DNA of 64,000 bases from Leptogorgia sarmentosa (taxonomy: Eukaryota): contig OZ210885.1 of the NCBI GenBank assembly GCA_964658305.1, positions 7,812,001 to 7,876,000 on the forward strand, read 5' to 3'. Every line of letters begins with the position of its first letter. Position 1 is the stretch's first letter. Positions 50,901 through 63,145 of the stretch are shown here, piece after piece. Below the pieces are notes generated by a model that searched no databases, was not told where the DNA came from, and worked only from the letters and a program-made list of their open reading frames with translations. Made by a program: the position numbers and the translations under genes.

Positions 50901-53900
50901 ATCGAACTAAAGGTAAAAAATATGCATGTAATTAGTATTCTATAGGTCACATTTTGCGCCGATGTACATTTCAATGGTTTCAAGTCAATAAATTTTCCTT
51001 GTATTGCAATTTATATATATGAATATTGTTTAGATATATATAGAGTTTTTTACGCTGAATAAAAAGAGTGTATTTTTGTCCTTGTTGGGTGCGTAAAACC
51101 AGAGATACGGGAGCCAATTGTAGTGATAGGATGAATTCGACCTAAATTAATATGGTGTTGGAGAGAAAGAGTACTTTTCGTAAGAAATTGAATGAGAGTT
51201 AAAATGTATTAACGATTATGCTGCACGAAACTGAGGAAATGCTTCTGAATTTCACATATTCGCTACAAAGCACAAGTTGAATACTTACTTAAGTGAATAT
51301 TTAACTCACTGTGATGACTGCGTCGCTATTTAGAGTTGACTCCCACTCAAATATGGAACGTTACCGTGAAACCCATGAATTGAAACGATATGCATCAATC
51401 TGCTTCATAAACGTTCTTTTTTTAAAATGTGAAGCCAAATTTGTTAGTAAGCAGCGATGTAGCTAATGTACACAGTGGGGTAACTATTAGGGGTCCAACC
51501 TGGCCGGGGGCCCTGGGAAGAGGTTTCTTCAGGGTCTTGGCTAATGTGAAATTCAAATAATTTTTATTGAAACTGAAGATGCAAAAACGTTCGAAGTTTA
51601 ACAAAACGTTTGATTTCATTCAGTAGCTGAAACAATTTTGTTGCCTTTTAAATTGTGCTTGGACGTTGACAGTATATTAATTGTTGTATATTACAGTCGA
51701 ACTTTTACTGTTGTCATTGTTTCTGCTTTATAGAAACTTATATTTCAGTGTGATTCGTTTTACGGAATGTTTTTGCTTTTTTTGATGCAGTAGAGATGTT
51801 AAATAGCTATAATATGTTCTATAAGAAATAGCAGAATCCAAATGCAAATAATATGCAAAATTCAGGAGAATATTTCGTAGAGTTAGCATAGCAAAAATGT
51901 GAAGCTAAGAGGTATAATAAAGAGGCCATCCGCAACAGTTCAACCGAGGGCCGACACTGAAGATTTACGGCATTGAATTTGCAACGTAAATCAAACATTT
52001 TGTGATCGTACTTTCAAGTATTTTTATTTGAAGAAAAAATAATTATTTTAATTTAATAAAACATATTCCAATATTGAATTTGGTACCGGCAGGGTAACAT
52101 ATTTCCGAAAATATGATCCTTTGCGGAGCTATTTTACAAACATAGTATGAAAAGGATTTAATTTTTTCTCCAATGGCATCGTTTTTCCATGCAAAATCTT
52201 ATTTCTTATCGAAACTCGCGCACTTTAATACTAACTTTTAAGCAGAGCGGAAGTCAAGAAAACGTTAATGCAGATTTTCGTTTACCTATTCTGAACAATA
52301 TTTTGATATCCTTGTTTGATTTGTGTTTAAGATGCTTACCATCGCCTGTTCCAATAAACACTCGCTGATCATCTGCACTGAAATCCAGTGCATTAACTGC
52401 TCTCTCCCCTTGAAACACAAAAAGCTGTTCATAACTGTCCATTCTCCAAAGGATTGTACTGCCGTCCCACGACCCTGACGCTAGTATTGTTCCACTTTGT
52501 GACACAGCCAAACAGCTAACGTCCCTAGAATGTCCCAGTAGTTGTTGAACTTCTCTACCTGTTTATAAAATACGATAGCGCGTACATAAAAAGGTGTAAT
52601 AGATCATTTTCACTCATATCACTTCTACACTGGGAGTATTGTTCAAAACATTGCGGCGAAAAAATAACTGATTGAGACAAGTAACTACAGTAACTAACCT
52701 ATCAGCTACATTCTGCTTACACCGCTAACTTTCATTTTTACTATTACGTCCCCATAGCAACTTAAACAGCAATGTAAGCGATAGACAAACACCGAAACGA
52801 TTTTTAAGACAAAAAACAAAATAACTGTAAATTTGCGGAATTTACTGTGGCGTGTTTCACAGGCGTGTGTTTTCATTCGTTATTTCTTGTGATTTCGTAA
52901 AAGTATGCCCTCATCTTTGTTGTGCAAGTCCATAGATATAGGTATCGAGCCAACTTGAACGCTTGGGTAAGACTCGCTACCGGTCCCTGTTGGCTCGATA
53001 ACTAAAGTGGTAGAGTAGCGGTCAAGTAACCTATACACGTAGTCTGTTGCTGTTTTGATGTAACAAATTAGCTAGATATTCGTTTATTAAATCGTAAATT
53101 TCACCAACCACATGCTATTAATATGGGTTTAATTGTAAAACCGCCACATGCACATATGGCTGTTTTCCAATGACGAACAGTTTACTGAAATTTATAATAT
53201 ATTTACTGTTTAGATAAAATTAAATGCCTGGTGATGGTGGTAGAACAGAAAGTAGATAATTGGAAAGCATGAATGAGCCCATGAACAGGAAATGTTCTAT
53301 ACAGCGAATACCAATGATTGCACAGAAATGTTGTCCTACTTGTATTTGTAATTACTGAACTTTCACATTTAAAATTGGCATATATCCATTAATTTTATAC
53401 ACACGATTTCCTAATAATTGTATGTTTTATTGTTTAGAAGAAATAATATGTCATCTGTCCAAATTGGTTTTTATATTTTGATCAACATGTTGCAGACAAA
53501 AGCATTCCCTCCAGCCATTTGTGAGAATTTTTTTATTTTTACCCAGAAATTTTTCTCAAAAACCGGGGCAGTGGGCTACAGGTCTAAAAAATTTGGATAA
53601 TTATCCGTGTAACGAAATGAGATTTGGATGGCGTAATATTATTAATACTTACTTATTTGCGCGAAATATGACGTGTGTATACAGTGGTTTATTTTACACT
53701 GCACCAATATAGTTTTTTTTATCAAACTGTAACTATCACCAGACATTTCTGTCATTTCTAATAGAAAGACAACTACATTGTGGATAAGTTCAAATATGGT
53801 GTCATAGTAATTTTGTAGCAGAGGATTAGGGATCTTAAGATCAACAACGTGACCAACTCGACGACGAGCTTTCCGAACAAACAAATTTTTATGCTGAACG

Positions 53901-56900
53901 AAAACCAGGCATAAATTGTGGTATAAACAGCTTTGTTATCAACGCAATGTTAAGCTAAGCATCATAACGTCTTCAAAGCAACGTGAAGACTGATTACAAC
54001 GTGAGAGCTGTAACTTCAAGTTGACTACACAGCAACGATCGCATTGCTTTAGCTGAACCTGTGTAGCTGTTTCTTGAAAAAATTCCAACATCTATTTCAA
54101 GCATAAAAATCTCAGCACTCATTTTCAAGCTGAAATTTAGACCCCGTCGTCGAGTTTGTGGCGTTGTAGATCTTAAGGTCCCTACTATCAATTATTGGAC
54201 GACGTCGCACGAAATAAGGCGAGTTATCGTTGGCGAGCGGATCAATTATTTGCCAATTCCGAATAGAGACGCACGTATTAAGTAATCTGAGAACAACCGA
54301 TATATAACTGAAGCAAAGCATAGCAACATTACCTAGAGTGATGCGAAGCATAATAGGACGAGCCCTGAGGCCAATGGCCAGTGAGCTCCATGAGATAATA
54401 ACGCCGTAAAATTTCCGATGTAATCAACTACTGTACATGTGACAGCAGGTAAGTTAAACATGTACTTTATTAAACTTTTTATCTATATTTAGTTCATTAT
54501 CAGCGCTAACAAAAAGAATTGAAGCTGAAGGCTAGTACAACGTTTCTTGACAAGGAATAATTTTGCACTGCAAAATTTCGAATTTGCTCAGTTTTTTATT
54601 CACGTATATAGCGCAGCCGCTCAACCTGCATAACTCAGAACTGATGATTCTTTCAAATGTGAGTGAGGATATGGTTGCACATATAATTACAATTACAAGC
54701 AGAAGCGGCTTTGAATCTGTGTTTTATCCTTTTTCCGGACCGGCGATCGGTCAAAAGAAAAAAAAACTATTGAAAACCCCAAACCTTTCCATTAGTTTTA
54801 TCCATAGTACGTTACCACACGGTTATTTACCTGTGTCAAGATCAAAGATTGTGATTGAACCATTCTCTAAACCACAAAGGACAAGAGTAGCGGATGAGGT
54901 ATTGGACGTCGCTAATGAGAATATATCTGAATCGAACGTTTTTCGAAAGATCTCAGGGCCTCCAAGATCTAAACATGAGAATTCCGGTATAAGACGGCAA
55001 TTCTCCGTGCATTTTGCACGGAGTTGCTCTAATAGCGTCTTTATCCCCGGAAACTCTTCATAAGATAGCAGTCTGCCTGGAAAGGAAAAATACACAACAT
55101 TATTAGCGCACGTAACAAATTCAGAAAATTTAAGATAGCATTTAAAGATGAAGAGAATTTTTGACCGGGAAAAAATTAAAACTGAACAACTAACGGGCTT
55201 ATCTGATTATTCTATATATTATATATGTTCTTTTCTAATTTCTAAAGAAAGTTTTTGATTGTCTTAACAAAATGTTCGTTCCCCTTCAGTGACTTTCATA
55301 TAAAGGGGACATAAAGTGATATCAAAGTTTGAAACTGAGACACTGAAAAAAACGTTTTTGTAAGCTTTGCAATTGTTGAAATGATGTGTATTCTGTTTTA
55401 CATTGTGACAGTAAAAAGATAAGTAATTTATTTTATGATAACGGAACGAGTGTTTATGAAATCATTTATTTCCACATATGTTTCACTGACAAGGGTTAAT
55501 TCTGCAATATACCAGCAGTTGCCATGCTTAGTTGCTAGTTGCATGCAGAACCAACGATTAACAGACTATAGTATGCACGTGTTCTTGATTAAGTTAGCAA
55601 TGTTCTTTATGACGTGAAGGATAAGCAACATGTGCGGTTATGCATATAAAGTCCATAAATATCGACTTCAGCTCTGGGAAGAATAATCCTTCTTTGGTCG
55701 TGTCTTCAAAAAATCTTGGAATTTTTCATTGTATATAGTCATTTTCGGGAAGTTGAGAACACAGACATACTTAGTTTACGATCGTGCTATAGTTCTCTTA
55801 TCTGATGATCGGTGGCTGACAGTTGATAGTTGGAGTACAGGTGAAATACTGCATAACAGGTAGCCTTATAGCTTTTATATACTGCTGTTCTGATTGACTT
55901 CTTCTGAGAAAATTCAACAAAATTAATGGTATGGTTTCATCTGCCTTGATGGAGTCTATATAACTCAGATATTCGTTAATTCTAAAGCTTTCTTTAATAT
56001 AGCGGCGACATTTTCGTCAAGATCAGTCTCAGAAGAAGGCTCTAAAATCATGGTTTCTGGCATTGGTGGTAACGGAAAATTAAATCTGCAAACAGCCTGA
56101 CCACTCTTCTTACACGTTTTAGAGTGTTTATGCATTTGTAAATTTACGAGATCGGTTAAACCATCTGAGTCAACTTTACATGAAACATAACTATCGAGAA
56201 ACTCAGCAATATCTTCATCACTATCTATACCATACTCCGGAGCCGAGCATTTTTTATCCGTGGATATGTGGAGAACTTCTTTGCGGAAATTCAACGCGAT
56301 AGAAGAAGTCAACAAGTACTCCAACTGGATGACTTGAGCTTTTAATAAAGTTGTGAATGAATAATTGTACCATATGTCAAAAATTTCTTGCATATGTGAC
56401 TGGATCTTTCTGTTTCAGTTCAGATTTCTTCTGCCATGTCATTTGTTTAATTTCGTCGTTAGTAGAATCTTTCTGTCTATAAGACGACCAAGAATTTTAG
56501 TCAAATGAATCCACTGTGTTTCAGCTGCTGAAAATGAACAGAACCATGCACGTATAGGATTACCAAGCAGACGAATCATGGCAAATAGATCTTTTTTACA
56601 CCTTTCAAAGTATGGAGGTGATCCGCGTAAATTTCTTAAAACTCCAAATCCTTCACCCAAATTGATTAACTTGTTGACACAACTTTCTGATTTTAAAATT
56701 TTAATTTTAGTTTAACAGTTACGCAATGACGACTTGCACTTCCTTGAATTTGCCTGATCTGTAATTTCATTAGTTCGTTAAAAATGTTTGGGACAGACTG
56801 CGCGAGTCTTCTATCTTTGCTTCGCAACTCCCATTTACATATAGTGCTATAATGAACAGGCATTCCTTCTCCTGGTGCAAAACGTATTATTTAGTCACCA

Positions 56901-59900
56901 TCTTGGGTAATGTCGGTTTCTTGTAATAATGTATCCATAAGACCTGATGACCGTTCAGTCGCTGCACACCACTCATCATCTGTATCATCATCAATCAAGT
57001 CATTACTTTCATTTCCTCAACTACTTCTTGACTGTGAGCGTTCAGATTTTCTGAAGTCTTCATTCCATCCATGGAAATAATTTCCGACCACTTCTCTTCA
57101 TTATTATCGACTTGATTTGATACATAACTGTCCATTACTTGTATTCCTTCGTTTTTAAATAATTCACTGGTACGAACGAAGAATTGAGCTGCTTCTGAAG
57201 TTTTACTAATAGTATTCTGAAATTGATAATGGTGCAAATACTAATACCTTTTAAGACGTGAGGTTGGGCGTGGTTAAAACGTGAGACGTATTCAATACTT
57301 AAAATAAGCTTTCATGACTATGTCGCATTCCGGAATCCGGGCGATCATATCAAATTGCATAAGGAGTTGAAACTTGACGACATATGATATCGCATGTCAT
57401 TGGGTCTTTAAAACCTTTAGAGACAGCGCTTTGCGATTGTTTGAGAAAAATGTGGCTGTCTAAAAACCAAATTTACTCTTTTCAAAACCATATTATAATA
57501 ATATATTTATATACACTATATTCTGTCCATTCATGCAGCATTTGCCTGGACGCTGAAGTGTATGATCGGTATGTGTGTAGGTTCGAAACAGAATACTTTA
57601 AACTATATACGATTTCATTTGTTTTGTCTCGAGCTGAATAAACGCACAAATCTATTTTATTACATGCTACAAAATCTATTTTCCTGGGATTGAGAGTTTC
57701 AACCATTCTGTGCGGCAAATTGATACAATTGTCGTGAAAAGGGTATCAATTTTGTGTGCGTAATACAAAAATATACAAATTTTGAAAACTTCACAGGGGT
57801 ATATTCCTCGCATTTTATACCATTTCGCAACCAAACTCTGCAATCTTACTAACTTTGGAATGCTCTTTAACGCTGTTATTTTGATTGTATATTATTTCGA
57901 GGTTTTTGAAAATTTTCTCTATTATGTAAGCGGTCCATTGACGCCCTTTTTACAATGCCAGAAAGCATAAAACAGCACTTCGCAAAACAAAAGTAGAAAG
58001 ACTGTTAAAGTTCTGTGAATTCGCAAAGCACCGATCTCATGCTTAACACCAAAAAATACTTTACTCCAATACAACAGAGCGTTACTTCCTACAGTTTTGT
58101 AAATTCTTAACATTAAACAATTATTGGATGAGGCTGAGCGTGATATTTAACAGTTATTCTGCGAACTCGAGTCGTATATGCGCTGATAGTCGACGAGGCG
58201 CGTAGCGCCGAGTCGACTATCAGTAATATACGACGAGAGTGAGCAGAATAACTGTTTTATTATGTACACAAGCACTGGACAAAAACAACTTCCAAATTTA
58301 TTTGTATTTTAGTTAATAACTGAATATAATTTCAAAGTGTTCTATCGCTTTGAAATCGACATATTTACAAATTTAAACAGTTTTACTTGATAAATACACG
58401 CCAAAAAGCACGGAAAAAACAACAGTTACGGAATTAAAATAGTCGACGTTTCGTTTAAACTATATAGCTAGTTTTAAATTTCAGCAGTTTTCATCTGTAT
58501 TTTTCTGCATTTGAAAGTACAACACAAATTTTACCGTTGTAAAAATGTCAACAAACAGCAACAAGCGATCCAACTCAGTCAAGCGATGAATATTACAGCC
58601 TCGAGTCCGGTTTTCCAGATTCAAAACTGCACAATAAACATTTGCAACTAAACTTCTTGAATTTTATTCTTTTAATCGGTCGCAAAGACGTTTGTAACTG
58701 TTGAAAACTTCAATTCCGGCTTCGCTCTTTCCGTCATTTTGTTTACATTTCTGTACTAGCAGGATATGAGTTAGTATCCTGCTAGTACAGAACTAATCAG
58801 ATTGCAGAATAGCTCATATCCAGCGCTTGTGTATATAATAATTCCTGATATCATGCGAAAGCCGAATCCAATAATTGTTTTATTATACATTTAAAAGAGA
58901 GTTCACTTTCATTCAGCGAAGCAAATCGGCTGCAGGACATTGTTTGTTTGTTTGTTTTTTCACGCAATTTTAGCTTCAAGCTTTTGACAGCGCTGGGGCT
59001 TGGGCACGAGAGAGACCAATAATATTTTTTTTGGATGCAAGTTCGATCCAAAAAAATAATTATTGGACGCTGATGACGTCATCGGCGGAAAATACGTAAT
59101 AAATACCGAATACTGAGAATTAGCCGGTGCTTTCTGCCCAATCCAGGAACGAGAATAAATTTTAAATGTATTATTTTAAATGTAAACTAGCTGGTTAGCT
59201 GTGAAACAAAATTTAGCAAAAAAATAAAGTAATTACCTAACAGCTGTGGACCAATAGAATGCAAATTCTCCTCGATAACCACGAAAGACCGCATCAACGA
59301 CGTCTTGAGCAGTTCGATTTCTTTCGAAGGGTGACCCAGAAAACGAAAATCTGACATTAAGGAGGGGAGATCGAATTGATTCACCTTTTCATAAAGCCAG
59401 TTGAAATTGAAGAACAGTTTATGTAGTTCATCAAATTGCTCGGAGGAGTGGAGGTGATAGGTCAGGTACTTGAAATAATAATCCTTGTTGCCTTCAAATT
59501 TTCCCCAATCACCGTTCTCGCAATGACCACGAAGTGCCTTCACGAACAAACATTGAACAGAACTTAGTTTGCCTCCTAGTTTTGCGCGTGCAAAACCCAA
59601 AAGGAGATCGTGGAGACGGTAGCTCTTCTTTCCATGGATACCAGATCCTGAAAATTATCGTTAGACCATTCACTTTTTGAGTATTCTTTGTTACAGGACA
59701 GTACAGCAGTCTCGGGCCGCAGGCGGGCTACAGTACAATAATTTTTCGCATTTAGCATACCCCAGGGAGATGGAAGTATTTTCCCTTGAATTCGATTGGT
59801 TGCTGATCTAGGAATGTCAGTGGAAAACACTGAGAATATTGGGCAAATGAACGGGCAAATTTGGATTGCCGCCATACGGAATTAATATTGCGAACGTAAT

Positions 59901-62900
59901 TACGATTATAGCCGAAAATTTATTTTTCTCAAACTTGTTTGACATTGGTTTGATTAAATGTTCAGCCTAACAACTTGTTGACAGTTAATATAAAGGTTTG
60001 GAAAAGGCGGTGTAGTAGAAAAAATGTTTCAAACACCTCACGTCGTTTTCTTGAATTTCATTTGATTATGGTGCAGGAAGCAACAGACAAACTTAGCGAT
60101 CGCAAAAGTTTAAAAATAAGACAACGAGCACAAAACTAACATCACAGTTGGAAACAACGTGCTGAAAATAGTATGAATGCAAAGTGCGAAGATTAAAAAT
60201 CATAAAATGGGGAAATTGTGCCCATGCCAATTTCGCACAATTTACATGCTATTCAGAACGCAGAAGTGATTTAATACCCAATATTATACCTCAAATTCAA
60301 ATTGTCCAATGAAAAAAACAGCATTTGTACCACGTGATAGTGTGATTACTTACGGTATTTCACTCAAATTCCTGATTTCGCAATCCAGCGTGGGATACTA
60401 TAATATCCCACGGCAGATCCACCGCGTGACGCGTGGGCAACACGCGCTTAGCGTATTTATGCAAAATGGCGGGCGAGCAAGACTCGGACGAAGAAATAAA
60501 TAGACTTCTTGAAAACAATGATGCAAAAATATTTCGTTCGGTATAATATATCATTTATAGACCCTCCGCTAGGGGGATTCGGCGATATTTCCCTCAGTGA
60601 TGATATTTTCCTCGGGGCAGAGCCCCTCGGAAAATATCATCACTTCGGGAAATATTACGCCGAATCCCCCTCGCTCCGGGTCTATAAATGATAATTATCG
60701 TCTGAAATGGATATAATTTAGTTTGTGCTGATACAATAGTCCACAAAATGAACTGTGTCTGGCAATGATATATATTCCCATTTTATGACATTTCTTCTTT
60801 AAACTTTGCAGTTATAGTAATTGTTGCACGCTGTTTCCAACTATGGTGATAGATTTTTGTCTATTATCATGCACCCTGCCTTCATTTACCTTTTTGAATC
60901 ATCGACTTCTTTTCAAGCACATCTAGTATACCCCTTGCTTCACGACGGCTGCACAAAGTTCTCCCGGCTACTTTGGAAGACCAAAACAGCTCAAGAATGT
61001 CTGATGGTACATCCGTATCTTCTGGAAATAAAGCGAAATCTAGAAACTTTTCTTGTATTTCTTCGTCCAAATGTTGAAAGCTGGCGTTAATGGCTGTTAA
61101 GACGTTGTCGTAAGGATAAGCGTTGGTGGGATATATTGAACGTAATTTTACCAAGTCCGCTGTTTTGAGGTCATTTAAAACATCTTCCCAGTCTTGTTCG
61201 TCGCGAGTGTCGGCTAAACTTGAACCCACTAGGGACAGAGCTAGCGGTAGATCGCCGCAGTGGTTTAACAGTTCCTCTATAACTTGCCGCATGTTTGAAC
61301 TAAACTTAGACTGCTCGTCCGTGGTGACACGCGCAGTTTGATACAAGAGCTTGTAAGAATCATCCCGTTTTAAAAATTTGAGTGTGTACAAAGCAGAACC
61401 TTGTAAACCGCGGACAACTTCAGAATCTCTGGTAGTTATTAATAATTGGCATTTTCCACAAAGATGATCAAACACCGAAGCGTGGTTTACTTTCCAAACA
61501 TCATCAAGAATCACCAAGCAATCTTTGTCACTCTGCAATACATAGAAATCTACTTTATTGTTGATACTTTTCGAGTTGTTTACTGGAAGGGTAAAATTAA
61601 CTGGCTTAAATTAATTTAAACGTGGCTTCTGATTCAGAAGGACGACCCTCACCAACTCTCACGACAGAAACGTGGTAAAGGAATCGGGATCAATGAAAGT
61701 TTAAACAAGAAAATAGAAATACATAAATGCAGCAACCCCTCCCTCGCTTTAATTTAGTCACTTACCAAAAAAATGCAACTATATTTTTGGAACATAAAGT
61801 GCAACTGAGGTTGTTGTCATGGCAAAACGATCGGCAATTGATATTTCTGGGGGTTTTTTTGAAAACTGTCAAAATATCAGCTTTTATCTTCCGTACGTTA
61901 TTAGGACTAATGTAAACTTAAATTTTCTGCGAAATTCTACATTTATTTACAAAAAACGTTTTAAATATTCAAGTCAGTCGTTGATATGAAACAATTTCCA
62001 GCCAATGTTCGCTCGTGTTCTTTTAGGATAAAATTTGTAAATATCTTTATAACTTTTGCTTTTAAAAATATAAACTTAATTATACTCTGAAATTGAATCG
62101 TCAATAGATTAAATGCGGCTACGCCGACGCAATTTTCGCTTTCGTAAACGGTCGTTGCCTTCCAAAACGGTCGATGCCTTCACTGCTCGCTTTTTGCCTA
62201 GTTTATATGACAAATTTAAAAATTTTAAATGCGCTTAATCGCAACCCAAACCCTAAAATATTAACCCTAACCATAAAAATCGGAAAAATATTGAGAAAAA
62301 GAAGATTTAAGTTGAAATCACTAACGCGAAATAAGTGTCGAGCCGGGGCTTGAACTATAAATCTACGAAGTGCTTAACCGTCTATAGTGGAAATGCATCA
62401 TGTAACATTTAAAATGCGAGGAGGGAAGGCAACGACCGTTTGCGAAAGGGAAATAAGCTACGGGCACCTTGAGTCTTAAAGCGTACATCTTGTGTACAGC
62501 TTCTTAAAATCTTTAAAAATATCGGCTCTTCATGATAGTCCGCCATGTTTATGAGATCAGTGATGACCATTGACCCCATTCGACGATAGCGCAAATCGGC
62601 GGCCAAACAGAGGAACTTCAGACTCTGCATGCTGTCCTTTACCCGCGTGTAAATATAGCCGTGCGGAGTTATTACCCGCGCCCCAGGCTTAATGCGTGGA
62701 CATAACGGGGATAAACTAAATTAGCACTAGGGGTCTCTTTTGAGAACGGTTTTCTTGTTACATCGTGACAATGAGTATTATATAAACCCTGGGAAATGTG
62801 CACATACTGTATTTGCTTTTATCCAGTCTTGCGCGGAGCGGATATCAGGGAACGTCATTTCTCCACCAATGTCTTTTATGAGGAGGTTAATTAGCGCTAG

Positions 62901-63145
62901 ACAGTCTGGAGTTTCCCCAATGTCAAGCCATATTACCTGACGAGATTCTTTCGCAGCCCAAGCAACGGCCAGAGCTAAGATGGTCTTACCCAGACCCCCC
63001 ATACCACGGATACCAACGACGTCGCCCCCACGTCTCCCAACCACACCAACTCTATTATTTCCATCCGCAAGTAACCTTAATATCTCGTTCACTTCTGATG
63101 GTCTCTCCACCATGTCACGAGGTAGACTGCGCAATCCATGGGCAA
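23934..63145 (-). CDS. APAF1-like NB-ARC + WD40 STAND protein, 5'-incomplete (about 1416 aa visible)
   Basis: 13 phase-compatible GT-AG exons: 63145-62808, 61532-60890, 59647-59237, 55076-54831, 52558-52340, 48424-48215, 45678-45435, 44053-43821, 41465-41368, 36775-36373, 34153-33552, 29454-29208, 24289-23934. Motifs: P-loop GMGGLGKT, Walker B LVILDDVW, LLITTR, GDLPLAL, YRLHDLL, APAF1-type helical domain (YLTYHL..LFFNFNWL), many GH..WD repeats. Confidence 0.92.
24707..24902. mobile_element. Small fold-back MITE
   Basis: Imperfect ~45-bp inverted ends. Confidence 0.5.
25338..25588. mobile_element. hAT-like MITE, old
   Basis: CAGGGGCAGA/TCCGCCCCTG ends; TSD imperfect. Confidence 0.5.
26243..26319. 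repeat. Perfect ~29-bp inverted repeat hairpin
   Basis: AAGATACCCCGGTTCCGGTTTACGGGTAC ... GTACCCGTAAACCGGAACCGGGGTATCTT. Confidence 0.85.
27081..27396. mobile_element. PIF/Harbinger-type MITE
   Basis: GGGCC...GGCCC long imperfect TIRs, TTA on both sides. Confidence 0.8.
27690..28078. mobile_element. PIF/Harbinger-type fold-back MITE
   Basis: GGGCCGATAACATGG/CCATGTAATCGGCCC ends in TTA/TAA context; repeated TTTCAACCCCGGG motifs. Confidence 0.8.
28088..29091 (+). mobile_element. ~1-kb interspersed element (Helentron/HINE-like), copy 1
   Basis: Inverted copy at 36815-37764; terminal hairpin TCTGCGAATTCGCAGA, GTTAGG-like tract, T-rich ends. Confidence 0.75.
34975..35431. mobile_element. Hairpin-ended element H1
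   Basis: Near identical to 666-1122. Confidence 0.82.
35566..36037. mobile_element. hAT-type MITE
   Basis: TIR CAGTGGCGTAGCGA/TCGCTACGCCCCTG, 8-bp TSD ATTTCTAT. Confidence 0.88.
36815..37764 (-). mobile_element. ~1-kb interspersed element, copy 2 (inverted)
   Basis: Reverse complement of 28088-29091; paired near-identical ORFs in the track. Confidence 0.75.
37915..38600. repeat. Interspersed repeat with inverted diverged copy at about 61790-62630
   Basis: Shared blocks such as CATCACTGATCTCA..CATGA.GAGCCG and AGAACACGAGCGAACATTGGCTGGAAATTGTTTCATATCA. Confidence 0.6.
40421..40512. ncRNA. Palindromic pair of minimal hammerhead-like motifs (Penelope-associated type), core variant
   Basis: CCGACGAGGGCCTTTTGCTGGAAACGTC on plus, and an inverted near-copy ending CTCGAAACGT on minus. 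Confidence 0.45.
42015..43320. mobile_element. Three nested elements: outer TIR element, hairpin-ended element (about 42175-43220), inner element (42293-42900)
   Basis: Outer inverted ends AATAAGTG..TTGTGTTTGTCATTG; middle TATTATATACCAATCGTCAAAG inverted plus hairpin 43086-43219; inner copy repeated at 58147-58841. Confidence 0.7.
49715..50376. mobile_element. TIR element
   Basis: TCTGGAGATCAGG/CCTGATCTCCAGA ends plus inverted subterminal TCGCCAAAAACATGGCGGATTTTA. Confidence 0.7.
50399..50863. mobile_element. hAT-type MITE
   Basis: TIR CAGTGGCGTGCTGGCA/TGCCAACACGCCACTG, 8-bp TSD CTCCGAAG. Confidence 0.88.
55860..57260 (-). pseudogene. Helitron/Helentron Rep-helicase relic
   Basis: Frameshifted pieces LRNLRGSPPYFERCKKDLFAMIRLLG.P.WFCSFSAAETQW and LVNLQMHKHSKTCKK..CRFNFPLPPM, characteristic of the Helitron Rep region. 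Confidence 0.85.
58114..59175. mobile_element. Hairpin-ended element H1 with a second hairpin-ended element (58147-58841) inside its hairpin
   Basis: H1 ends match 666-1122; the insert matches 42293-42900. Confidence 0.8.
60283..60694. mobile_element. Hairpin-ended element, separate family
   Basis: Body ATTATACC...GGTATAAT plus ~145-bp palindrome 60549-60693. Confidence 0.7.

Noticed and set aside
52993..53030. tRNA-like A-box sequence
   Set aside because: No cloverleaf or B box; at most a decayed SINE head
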